Below are positions 1 to 8,420 of a stretch of 64,000 nucleotides of DNA, piece by piece. The translations under genes and the position numbers were made by a program. The notes under the pieces were generated by a model. The model did no database searches. It was given only the letters and a program-made list of their open reading frames with translations, and had not been told where the DNA came from. The stretch is taken from IMG/VR virus record IMGVR_UViG_3300027754_003462, one strand, 5' to 3'. Source of the stretch: a virus. Every line of letters begins with the position of its first letter. Positions within the stretch are counted from its first letter, which is position 1.

Positions 1-1398
1 TTTGGTCAGGTGTCGCTTGGCAAACTTGCAGGTACTGGTAATGTCCCAAATTTGCACATGATCCTTGTCCTCTGCTTTTCGGATACCTCTACCAATCGAC
101 TGGATAACCCTAACAAAACTCTTGCCAGGCTCGATGAGCACCAGATTAAAGATTCGCGGAATGTTAATTCCAACTGCCGCCACACCGTAAGTGGCCACAA
201 TGATTTTGTCTGTTGAGTCTGCAATTTGATCATATTCTTCCTGTCTTTTTGTTCCTTTGGTTGCGCCCGACACAAACACTGCTTTGTCTCCTAGACGTGC
301 AACCAATTCATTGCCAGCGGCAACTCTGTCTACCAGTACCAGGGTGTTGCCTGTTTCGTTTACCCGACGGATCAGGTCGGCCATGGTGTCCAATCGACCC
401 GACTCTTCCAACAAGTACTTGAGTTCACTTTGATACTCTTTGTATTCCACATGGTCCACCAATTGCACAATGTTCACGTGACAGTTGGCCAACACGCCTT
501 GTTGCTGTAGTTCGTTGGCACTGAGTCGGCCAACTACAGGACCAAGCCCCACCAGCAGAGCCTGACTTTCAAACTTTTCTTTGGGAATAGTTCCGGTCAA
601 ACCCCACCGAATTGGCACTCTAGCCATCACACCAGTCAGCAGGGTTTTGAGTGCGTCTGCCTTGGCCATGTGTACTTCGTCTACAATAACGCATACCACA
701 TCTTCCAAGAACTCGTCAATGGTCACTTTGCCTGTGCCTGCCTTGGTGTTCTTCAACAAGATGTTTAGACTTTGCCAAGTACAAATAGTGTGTTGACGTC
801 CATATTCTTTTCTATCTCCAAAATACACACCAACATCTTGTTGCATGTTGATGTAGTCTTTTTCTGTTTGTGTCACTAGACTCTTGTTGGGCACAATCAC
901 AATCGATCGTCCATATGGTGTGACAGCATTTGACAAGGCCGCTGTCATAATAGTCTTACCTGCGCCTGTGGCCACTTCTTGTAGGCACTGTGGATTGGCC
1001 AGGAAGTTGTTCACAATGTCAACTTGATAGTCTCGCATGACAATGGGTTCACCCACAGCAGGGTGTCCTTTGGGCCACGTGATGTGTGCAAACGAGTCTT
1101 CACGTACCTGTTCAAACTCAAACGAGGTAGAGTAGTCTCTTTGATCATCTATCTCAATGTCGTAATCAAACTTTTCAAGGATGGGAACAATCTCTGGCAA
1201 CAAGTTTGTGTATGTACTGCCGCCCAGTTGAAAGTATGCAACCTTGCCGTCCCAGCGTCCCAGTCGCACTGCTGGCATGTAACGTGCGGCCGGGTTTTCG
1301 TATTTGAATGCCGTGACCAAGGCCTTGCGAACGTCAAGATCAAGCCCTTCCAGTTTGATGTTTACTTCGTCTTTAATCTGTATTATGCATCGTTTCAT
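1..1398 (-). CDS. uvsW: UvsW-like superfamily 2 DNA helicase (3' end runs off the window)
   Basis: Absent from the ORF track; translated by hand as MKRCIIQIKDEVNIKLEG...GRWDGK...MRDYQ...VATGAGKT (Walker A)...VDEVH (DExH)...GLTGT...QSIGRGIR (motif VI). Confidence 0.93.
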   Translation of the reverse strand, partial: MKRCIIQIKDEVNIKLEGLDLDVRKALVTAFKYENPAARYMPAVRLGRWDGKVAYFQLGGSTYTNLLPEIVPILEKFDYDIEIDDQRDYSTSFEFEQVREDSFAHITWPKGHPAVGEPIVMRDYQVDIVNNFLANPQCLQEVATGAGKTIMTAALSNAVTPYGRSIVIVPNKSLVTQTEKDYINMQQDVGVYFGDRKEYGRQHTICTWQSLNILLKNTKAGTGKVTIDEFLEDVVCVIVDEVHMAKADALKTLLTGVMARVPIRWGLTGTIPKEKFESQALLVGLGPVVGRLSANELQQQGVLANCHVNIVQLVDHVEYKEYQSELKYLLEESGRLDTMADLIRRVNETGNTLVLVDRVAAGNELVARLGDKAVFVSGATKGTKRQEEYDQIADSTDKIIVATYGVAAVGINIPRIFNLVLIEPGKSFVRVIQSIGRGIRKAEDKDHVQIWDITSTCKFAKRHLTK

Positions 1399-2581
1399 CT
1401 TGTATAGTATACACAGTCCTAGGGCAAAATGCAAGCCTTGCCTGCTCAATTTCTTCCGCTAACTCTGTCAAGACCCCTAGTTGTGCTTGAACAATAGACA
1501 TATTTAATTTTCGATGTGCAGTAAGTTTTGAGATGAACTGGATGCCAGTGTCTCGATGCGTTTGATTGAAAATACTTTTTTGTATCCCCAAAATATATTC
1601 GTGAATTATTGCATTTTGTTTAGTGGTAATGCCGTACTTTAATTTTTCAGCATGTAAAAATTCAATCAATTTATCTTTTTCATGATCTTTGAGTATAGAC
1701 CAATTTAGTCCTTGTGTGTCTGAACTAGTCAATGAACTAATCTGTATGGGTATTAATTTTTTGTTTGCCCAGTCTATTGTTTGGTACACATGACTGATAT
1801 TCAAAATTTGAATTATAAATTTAAAGTACATGCTTGACTTTGGTAAATGTTGTCTAAGTGTATCTACATTGGTAGAAAATTGTTGCCAGGTAGCAGGATA
1901 TCGCATAAAGTCATATGCATCCTTGACTCCGTCTACACTGATGGATATTTCTAAATTGACAATTTGCTTGAGCCTGCTCAACAAGGAAGATGTCAATACA
2001 GATGCATTGGTCACAATCCTACAACCCAATTGCCGCTGTATTATTTTGTCCAGCATTATTAAGTTCTTTTTAAAAATAAAGAATTCGCCCCCGATGAGAC
2101 TTACACTTTCTAAATTTGGCAATTGATCAATTGTGGCCAGTGCAATGTCAGTATTGTCTTGTACTACGACAGAGGTGTCTGATAATCCGGCATTGTTTCT
2201 TTCATTGGCCAAATAGGTACTGGATTTTTCGTCGCACATGTAACAACCAAGATTGCATGTGTTACTGAAAAACACATCTAGTAGTTTAATATCCAGTTTA
2301 TCGCTAGCCCAGGGCTTTTGTAGCAGTTGTTTTCGTATACTGGTAGTGCCAATTTTATCATTTTTTGAACATGCATCGCAACCCGGAACCGGTTCTATGC
2401 CGTTGATTTTGTTGTCACGGAGTTGGGTCATTTCTTCTCCGTGTAAAAAATCTTTCAATGATTCTGATTTGGTTTGAATCCTATATACACATCCTGGTTT
2501 GAATCCTACCTGATTTGTTTTGTAATTTGATTCAATTCTTAATGTGGTAAAAGGTGCTGTACAAAATATCGGGTTGTGCAT
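1373..2581 (-). CDS. Radical SAM protein with N-terminal Cys-containing (Twitch/SPASM-like) domain
   Basis: CNLGCYMC motif, GGE motif, SISVDG, YDFMRYPATW; N-terminal FCTAPF...CDAC. Start moved to MHNPIF, which follows a TAAATA motif. Confidence 0.88.
   Translation of the reverse strand: MHNPIFCTAPFTTLRIESNYKTNQVGFKPGCVYRIQTKSESLKDFLHGEEMTQLRDNKINGIEPVPGCDACSKNDKIGTTSIRKQLLQKPWASDKLDIKLLDVFFSNTCNLGCYMCDEKSSTYLANERNNAGLSDTSVVVQDNTDIALATIDQLPNLESVSLIGGEFFIFKKNLIMLDKIIQRQLGCRIVTNASVLTSSLLSRLKQIVNLEISISVDGVKDAYDFMRYPATWQQFSTNVDTLRQHLPKSSMYFKFIIQILNISHVYQTIDWANKKLIPIQISSLTSSDTQGLNWSILKDHEKDKLIEFLHAEKLKYGITTKQNAIIHEYILGIQKSIFNQTHRDTGIQFISKLTAHRKLNMSIVQAQLGVLTELAEEIEQARLAFCPRTVYTIQDETMHNTD
1406..1434 (-). 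promoter_or_regulatory. Sigma70-type promoter for uvsW, lying inside the 3' end of the radical SAM gene
   Basis: Minus strand reads TTGCAT-17 nt-TATACT with TG before the -10, then 7 nt to the ATG. Confidence 0.6.
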
Positions 2582-2600
2582 AGAAAAATATTTAGTTGTC

Positions 2601-2633
2601 AAAAAGACAGGTACCTTTTTAAGGGTACCTGCC
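2601..2633 (-). terminator. Rho-independent terminator ending the early AAA operon
   Basis: Minus strand GGCAGGTACC-CTTAAAAA-GGTACCTGTC-TTTTT. Confidence 0.8.
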
Positions 2634-2680
2634 ATAAAACCCGGGCCGGAGCCAACCAATGCCCGAGGAAACTTTAAAAG

Positions 2681-2788
2681 TTACTTTGCCACACGCACTA
2701 TCCGAAATCCCATTTGCTTCTGTTCGTCTGCTTCGTCGCGAGTTGCCACAGTAAACAGCAACAAGTCACCATCATAAATTTCGTACAT
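2681..2788 (-). CDS. 35-aa small protein (below the ORF-track cutoff)
   Basis: MYEIYDGDLLLFTVATRDEADEQKQMGFRIVRVAK*; ATG sits 1 nt after the upstream TGA. Confidence 0.7.
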   Translation of the reverse strand: MYEIYDGDLLLFTVATRDEADEQKQMGFRIVRVAK

Positions 2789-2789
2789 G

Positions 2790-2882
2790 TCAATTTCCAA
2801 ACATCAAAATAATAAACGATAAGAGTAGTGCCCAGCCAAGGTGTCCTAACATTAGTAACATTAAGACACCTATCCAAGCCAT
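2790..2882 (-). CDS. 30-aa hydrophobic membrane peptide
   Basis: MAWIGVLMLLMLGHLGWALLLSFIILMFGN*; ATG sits 1 nt after the AAA gene stop and the ORF exactly fills the gap. Confidence 0.65.
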   Translation of the reverse strand: MAWIGVLMLLMLGHLGWALLLSFIILMFGN

Positions 2883-2883
2883 A

Positions 2884-3906
2884 TTAGGCAACCTTCATAC
2901 AAGTTGTCTCTGCAAGGCGTTTCCAATTCAACACTGACATCTTGCGCAAGTCTGCAATCTTAAGAGCCATACGCAAACTCACTTCACGCAAACGGTCCTT
3001 GTTGGTGTGCATGAACTCAATAATGTCGTCTTGCACAGCCTCTTCAAACTCGTAGTCCTGGAACAGCACACCATCTTTGGCAATCTGTTTGATACGCAAC
3101 AAACGGTCACGCATGGTGTCCAGTGTCAAGTCCAGATAGTGACAGCGTGATTGGAGAGCGTCCAAGTGGTCACGTAATTTTTGCGACTTCATCTGATCAA
3201 ACTTAAGGTTGGTAATAAAGATTACTGAGCCTTTGAACTCGAAACGATCTGGGATACCTTCACGGCGCAGGGCACTGGATTCACTCAACCAACTAATGGT
3301 ACGTTTCTTGCCGGAGTCCAATGCACCCTTCAGCAAGTTAAGAGCCACGTCGTCTAGCAAAATGCTATCACAGTCGTCAAACACAATGACACAATTCTCA
3401 TCTGAGTATTTGTACAATGTTTGGAACAAACCAATTGGTGTGGCACTACCTTTAACAACCTCAGCACGGAGACGTTTGCCTGCAAGTTTGTCAAACAAAC
3501 ATGCCTTTTCAATTTCAGTTTCAACGCCGTAACTCTTGCCAACACCCGGAGGGCCGGATACAATCATTGCACGGATGTCACCTGACACCGTGGCTTTGGT
3601 CATCTCTGTCAGGATGTCAAAACGCTCGCGGATACGGTCCATTGCTTGCTCGTCAGTTTCTGCAACAAGGACGGATTTTTCAAAGTGGATGGTGTTGGGT
3701 TGTGTCATGCCGTTAGTGTACTCTATATCAGAAATGTTGTCTACACTAATACGTACCGTATCAGGGCAGTTTGGGAAGGTGCCATTATTTTTCACTGTAA
3801 CATAGTTACCTTTAGCACCAGTTTGGAAACCGTTTACAAGAACGAATTCTTGGTTACGGACGGGTCGGTTGCGGTATGTACCTTTTACAACGCGGATTGC
3901 ACTCAT
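2884..3906 (-). CDS. AAA+ ATPase (early gene)
   Basis: GPPGVGKS Walker A, IVFDDCD Walker B, IFITN sensor, LQSR arginine finger; AGGAG RBS. Confidence 0.88.
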   Translation of the reverse strand: MSAIRVVKGTYRNRPVRNQEFVLVNGFQTGAKGNYVTVKNNGTFPNCPDTVRISVDNISDIEYTNGMTQPNTIHFEKSVLVAETDEQAMDRIRERFDILTEMTKATVSGDIRAMIVSGPPGVGKSYGVETEIEKACLFDKLAGKRLRAEVVKGSATPIGLFQTLYKYSDENCVIVFDDCDSILLDDVALNLLKGALDSGKKRTISWLSESSALRREGIPDRFEFKGSVIFITNLKFDQMKSQKLRDHLDALQSRCHYLDLTLDTMRDRLLRIKQIAKDGVLFQDYEFEEAVQDDIIEFMHTNKDRLREVSLRMALKIADLRKMSVLNWKRLAETTCMKVA

Positions 3907-3951
3907 AGTTGGCTCCTTTTTGTGCGGGTTTATCTTACTGTCTATGTGTAT

Positions 3952-4004
3952 ATTATAGCAAATGATGATTTATTGGTCAAGTACAGCAAAAGTATTACTT
4001 TTGC
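3952..4004 (-). promoter_or_regulatory. Early sigma70 promoter with upstream palindrome
   Basis: TTGACC-17 nt-TATAAT with extended -10 TGn; GCAAAAGTAATACTTTTGC palindrome at 3986-4004. Confidence 0.9.
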
Positions 4005-4216
4005 GTAATTTCATCAACTTTTTGAGTGTATTCTAAACGGCTCAATACCAGTTGGTACATGCAATATACCAAAAGTGTAATACTTCCTACTGACAGTATT
4101 TTAGAGATTTCATCTGCGGTTAAACCTGTTAACAAAAGTTGTACACCAACTGATACGGTACAAATCACAGCAAGAACCCCTGCTGTCTGTAATGCGGCTT
4201 TGAGTTTTAAATTCAT
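3995..4216 (-). CDS. Small two-TM membrane protein (early)
   Basis: 73 aa with two hydrophobic stretches; own promoter and AAGGA RBS. Confidence 0.75.
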   Translation of the reverse strand: MNLKLKAALQTAGVLAVICTVSVGVQLLLTGLTADEISKILSVGSITLLVYCMYQLVLSRLEYTQKVDEITQK

Positions 4217-4242
4217 ATATTCCTTTGTTTCTTTATGTGTAT

Positions 4243-4288
4243 ATTATAGCAAAAGGCCGATTAGTTGTCAATTACAGCAAAAGTATTA
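4243..4288 (-). promoter_or_regulatory. Early sigma70 promoter
   Basis: TTGACA-17 nt-TATAAT perfect consensus; upstream TAATACTTTTGC half-palindrome. Confidence 0.92.
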
Positions 4289-4516
4289 CCGTTGGAAATC
4301 AACCAGTCGCTTGACAAGAATTCCGTGCTCAGCGTCCATTTCCTCGTTAGAAACGTAGAAGTCTGTGGTAGGGTCATAATAACGACCTTCTCGGGGATCG
4401 TAATACAGCACCCGTCCTGATGCATACTTGAATGGACCTTCTAGTCCGGCACGTGGGCCATACTTTTGGCGCATCAGATCTGTTTCAAACTTGTCTGCAA
4501 TAATTCGGTATCCCAT
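4286..4516 (-). CDS. Small hypothetical early protein
   Basis: 76 aa, GLEGPF...GRVLYYDPREGRYYDPTTDFY; own promoter and RBS. Confidence 0.8.
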   Translation of the reverse strand: MGYRIIADKFETDLMRQKYGPRAGLEGPFKYASGRVLYYDPREGRYYDPTTDFYVSNEEMDAEHGILVKRLVDFQR

Positions 4517-4545
4517 GTCAGCCCCTTTTTGCTTTGTATGCCACT

Positions 4546-4597
4546 ATTGTAGCAAAATGGGAATTATTGGTCAATTACACAAAAAGTATTACTTTTT
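4546..4597 (-). promoter_or_regulatory. Early sigma70 promoter with upstream palindrome
   Basis: TTGACC-17 nt-TACAAT; AAAAAGTAATACTTTTT palindrome at 4581-4597. Confidence 0.88.
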
Positions 4598-5321
4598 ACT
4601 GCCACAGTTGTTGTATCACAGGGTCATGCACTTGAGCAGGTTTGGGGTTGCCGTGGAACACAACCACACTGGTGCCGGGTTGAATTCGAACCCCGGAGTT
4701 GGGCTTGAGGTGTTTTCTTTTTGCAAAATCATAGCCGCCATCCAGGCACTGCCAGCGATAACTTTCAAAACGAAAGTCATCAAAGAAACGTCGTTGATTC
4801 ACATCAAGTGCCGCACCTATGTAGTCTTGATCTCCGGGATAACTTTTGATTGTGGCTTTGAAATCAGCCTGTGAGAACCGATCCCATATCCAGGCAAAAC
4901 GATCAACATTGAACCACATCATGCTGGAGTTCATGGTCACTGTGTCACGACGCTGTAGGTATCTGAAGTCTCTGATGGTCCAGAGATAATCTGTAGTGTG
5001 CTCAGGTATCCAATCTAGTGAGTCGGCAATTACCACATCCAGGTCAAGATACAACATATTTCCTGCAAAGTGAGCAGGATTAAACAACTGCATTTTGTAC
5101 CACCATGACCTTTTGGGCCCAGATATGCCCCAGTCTTCCAGGATATGTTTGACCATGTGTGGAGGTACTGATCTGTCATGTTCTGTGTACACATGCAAAC
5201 GAACTTCTGCAGTCAGATGCCGGCACAGCATGTTGTACAATCGTTCTACATATTGCCAGTCATATCCCGATCCGTGTATGACGCAGGCACAGTCAATGCG
5301 TCCAGGGTTCTTTTTTGACAT
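4596..5321 (-). CDS. GT-A fold glycosyltransferase (GT8-like)
   Basis: WWYK, YLDLD (DxD), NSS, GDQD and FHGNPKP motifs. Confidence 0.8.
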   Translation of the reverse strand: MSKKNPGRIDCACVIHGSGYDWQYVERLYNMLCRHLTAEVRLHVYTEHDRSVPPHMVKHILEDWGISGPKRSWWYKMQLFNPAHFAGNMLYLDLDVVIADSLDWIPEHTTDYLWTIRDFRYLQRRDTVTMNSSMMWFNVDRFAWIWDRFSQADFKATIKSYPGDQDYIGAALDVNQRRFFDDFRFESYRWQCLDGGYDFAKRKHLKPNSGVRIQPGTSVVVFHGNPKPAQVHDPVIQQLWQ

Positions 5322-5956
5322 CAGAATTGAAAAATAATTTGGTATTCGTCCAAGATGGGGAAATGGCCTTGAGACTCAAGATACTCAACTACGGCTCGAC
5401 CTTTTCCGGTACGCTGATTGTTGTTGACCCAACGCGAGTTGTCATCTATGGCCACTACTGCACCTGCACGAATAAATGGTTCGATAATTTCAAATTCTTT
5501 TAAATGATGATCAGCACTTGCAGTATCGTTATTCCAATCCACATCATAACTGTCCAAGTAAAACAAATCCACTTGATCCAAATCAGTTAACGATTCAAGC
5601 CAGGCCACGCTGTCGCTGTGTGTGACTGAGAACTTGTGGCTGGTGATAGTGTTTCTTGCGGCTTCGCAGGCCACTGAATCTATGTCTACACTGCGCATTT
5701 GGCCACCATAAAGATCCACAAACTCTGTAAACAGTCTGGCACTCTGCCCGTCCATCCAGTTGCCCGGGGTTCTCAGTGTGCCTGTTTCAATAATATTAAA
5801 GTTGCTTTGTTTTTGATTCAACAACAATCTAAAAATAACATCAAATCCCACGGCTCTGTTGTAAAGGCCGTCGGCAAGAATTCCCCGGACTCCATCGAAT
5901 TGGATATTTAATAAAGGATAGTAAATTCGTCTGTAGTGATCAAGCCAGGTATTCAT
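5321..5956 (-). CDS. Class I SAM-dependent methyltransferase
   Basis: IIETGT, SVDID, FYLDS, VAIDD and GKG motifs. Confidence 0.75.
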   Translation of the reverse strand: MNTWLDHYRRIYYPLLNIQFDGVRGILADGLYNRAVGFDVIFRLLLNQKQSNFNIIETGTLRTPGNWMDGQSARLFTEFVDLYGGQMRSVDIDSVACEAARNTITSHKFSVTHSDSVAWLESLTDLDQVDLFYLDSYDVDWNNDTASADHHLKEFEIIEPFIRAGAVVAIDDNSRWVNNNQRTGKGRAVVEYLESQGHFPILDEYQIIFQF

Positions 5957-6807
5957 ACGCTTCTTTCTAGTGCTGGTGCCACTCTACTTATCCAGGTGCC
6001 TCGGCGTAGTTCATCTAAAGTATATTCAGTATGACAAATCTGTGCAAGCCACAACTCCCGGTCTCGAGTGTATGGTTGCTCAATGTCTCCAAACCCAACG
6101 CCCACGGGGTATGCCAAACTGGTTGTTTCTACAATGGGCCGCACTCCAGCAATTGCGGCTTGTGTACCTGGGCCCGAATTGTAGTTTACCAAGGCATGAC
6201 AATCATAATGTATGTCATAACTGTCATAGGTATTGGGCAATCGGTTGGGTATTTCTACTGTTACTCCTGGGGGTAAATTGTCGAATGCTACCTTGCATCG
6301 CGGATGTGGCCTCACAGTGATAGGGCGGTCTGTTGAATTCTTCAAGATGTTTAGTGTGCTGTGCAACCAGCCTGTCATGTCCAGGCCAGTTACTTGTAAA
6401 CTACGATTGTGTTGCAAAGCCACAACAATGTTGGGGTTGGATGCAAATTGTGTGGCCAGGCTGATGCGTAATTTTTTAGGCCTGTCCCAATCCAGATTAT
6501 CTACATGTCCATAATAGCCGTCGGCCGTGATATTGTTCACTGCTATCTTCCAGGTATTGCCCCGATACAATGCGCCAATTTCAATTATGATCACTGGCCG
6601 GCCTTGTGATCTATAGTGTTCATACACTGCTTGATTGGCACTCATTCGTCCTGCCCACAGCACTGACCAAATGATAGCCGCATCGCTTGTCATTGAATTT
6701 TCTTGTGTTTGGATGCCACGGGCTTGCAAGCAATCCAATACTGCACTCATAACTGGCTGTGCATTTTTTGCACATTGCAAAGGATAATAGGCTACGTTTT
6801 TGATCAT
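5953..6807 (-). CDS. Putative glycosyltransferase, capsule-biosynthesis (KpsS/KpsC-like) family, paralog 1
   Basis: VVALQ, VRPHP, HALVNYNS...AAIAGVRP. Start moved to MIKNVAYY because the longer ORF overlaps the divergent gene. Confidence 0.6.
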   Translation of the reverse strand: MIKNVAYYPLQCAKNAQPVMSAVLDCLQARGIQTQENSMTSDAAIIWSVLWAGRMSANQAVYEHYRSQGRPVIIIEIGALYRGNTWKIAVNNITADGYYGHVDNLDWDRPKKLRISLATQFASNPNIVVALQHNRSLQVTGLDMTGWLHSTLNILKNSTDRPITVRPHPRCKVAFDNLPPGVTVEIPNRLPNTYDSYDIHYDCHALVNYNSGPGTQAAIAGVRPIVETTSLAYPVGVGFGDIEQPYTRDRELWLAQICHTEYTLDELRRGTWISRVAPALERSV

Positions 6808-6819
6808 AAGTAATTTTTG

Positions 6820-7620
6820 ATGAAGTACACAGTAATTACCACATTCAACGAGTCCGGTTACAAGAAATACGGACAACGCATGATCCAAACCTTTTTGCAG
6901 ACATGGCCAAGCGAAGTTACGCTGGTGATTTATGCAGAAGGTTGTGCGGTAGCAGAAACGGCATCCAATCTTGTGGTTCATGATATTACCATAGCAGATG
7001 CATTGACCACATTCAAAACTGCCTGGGCCGGTGTGCCACGGGCCAATGGAGATGTCAGTGGCGACCCTGTTCGTAGCAAAAGAAAAGATTCCGGTAAAGG
7101 ATTCAAGTGGGACGCCGTGCGTTTTGCTCACAAAGTGTACTCAATATTCCACTGTGCGAGATCTATCGCAACTGATTGGTTGATATGGATGGATGGCGAT
7201 ACTGTGTGCCATAGCACCATTACCTTAGCAGACCTAGCACGTCTGTGCCCAACTGACCGAGACTTATGCTTTTTAGGGCGTCAAGGCAAGTACTCTGAAT
7301 GTGGGTTGTATGCTATGAATCTAATGCGTCCGGGTACAAAAACGTTCTTGCAAAAGTTTCAACGCATGTACGATGATGCTGAACAGGGAATATTCACACT
7401 CAAAGAGTGGCACGATAGTTATGTGTTTGATGATGTACGAAAGCAATGTGTACTAAATGAACTGGATTGGTCCGGTCATTTGATCACCGGTGAAGGCCAT
7501 CCCTTGATCAATTGTGAATGGGGTGCGTACTTGGATCATCTCAAAGGTGCTCGTAAAGATCTAAAACGTAGCAAACAAGCAGACTTAAAAGTTCCGCGCA
7601 CAGAAGCGTATTGGCAATGA
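6820..7620 (+). CDS. GT-A fold glycosyltransferase
   Basis: RFAHKV, WMDGD (DxD), ECG, EWHDS, HLKG. Confidence 0.72.
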   Translation: MKYTVITTFNESGYKKYGQRMIQTFLQTWPSEVTLVIYAEGCAVAETASNLVVHDITIADALTTFKTAWAGVPRANGDVSGDPVRSKRKDSGKGFKWDAVRFAHKVYSIFHCARSIATDWLIWMDGDTVCHSTITLADLARLCPTDRDLCFLGRQGKYSECGLYAMNLMRPGTKTFLQKFQRMYDDAEQGIFTLKEWHDSYVFDDVRKQCVLNELDWSGHLITGEGHPLINCEWGAYLDHLKGARKDLKRSKQADLKVPRTEAYWQ

Positions 7621-8420
7621 CCTGGATATTCTTGAACAAAAACAACGCTGACGAATACATTGAAATGTTTGCGGCTGGGTCTCAAACTGTGCCCACTTGT
7701 TTGGAAACATGGCGTTATGAAGACAGTGATGCTCCGCTAGTACTACGTGGTATCATGAAACACAAGATTATCCGACGCTGTTGGGCAGACCGACGTGATT
7801 TTTACTACATGGATTCGGGTTATCTAGGCAACAGGCCCAGCATGGCTAACCCTAATGGTTGGAAGTTTTATCACAGAATTGTGCCCAATGATCTACAACA
7901 TGGTGCGGTGATTGATAGACCCCCAGATAGATTGCAAAGATTAAACGTCAAGATCCGTCCCAGACAGAATCACTGCAGAGATATACTAATAGTTGCTCCA
8001 GACGAAAAGCCTTGTACATTTTACGGTATTACCTTAGACGAATGGTTAAAGACCACAACGGATACTATCCGGCAATATACCGATCGTCCCATACGCATGA
8101 GAGAACGCCCTGCTTCAAGATGGGATCGCAAAACACAACGACCTGAAGAATGGCTCAACGATGTACATGCCATAGTTACATTCAATTCAACAGCCGCAAC
8201 AGAAGCAGTGCTGGCTGGCGTGCCTACTTTCGTCACAGCACCTGCCAATGCCGCTAGACCTGTGAGCAATACAGATTTAAGTACAATAGAAACACCCTGG
8301 TTCCCGGACAGTGATCAGGTATATAAGTGGGCTTGCCACTTGGCGTATGGACAGTTCCATACTACAGAACTGGCCAATGGCACCGCTGCCGCAATACTCA
8401 AGGAGACTCAACATGCGTGA
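7617..8420 (+). CDS. Putative glycosyltransferase, KpsS/KpsC-like paralog 2
   Basis: YYMDSGY, HAIVTFNS...AVLAGVP, LAYGQF; clearly paralogous to 13141-14142. Confidence 0.6.
   Translation: MTWIFLNKNNADEYIEMFAAGSQTVPTCLETWRYEDSDAPLVLRGIMKHKIIRRCWADRRDFYYMDSGYLGNRPSMANPNGWKFYHRIVPNDLQHGAVIDRPPDRLQRLNVKIRPRQNHCRDILIVAPDEKPCTFYGITLDEWLKTTTDTIRQYTDRPIRMRERPASRWDRKTQRPEEWLNDVHAIVTFNSTAATEAVLAGVPTFVTAPANAARPVSNTDLSTIETPWFPDSDQVYKWACHLAYGQFHTTELANGTAAAILKETQHA

Noticed and set aside
2581-2788. 35-aa ORF as a RiPP precursor for the adjacent radical SAM enzyme
   Set aside because: A strong terminator and a separate late motif lie between them, so they belong to different transcription units
6808-7131. 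N-terminal extensions in the ORF track (also 2582-2659, 8311-8412, 15581-15649, 23764-23826, 28993-29190 and 39191-39241)
   Set aside because: They overlap neighbouring genes or promoters; downstream ATGs fit the RBS or TAAATA signals better
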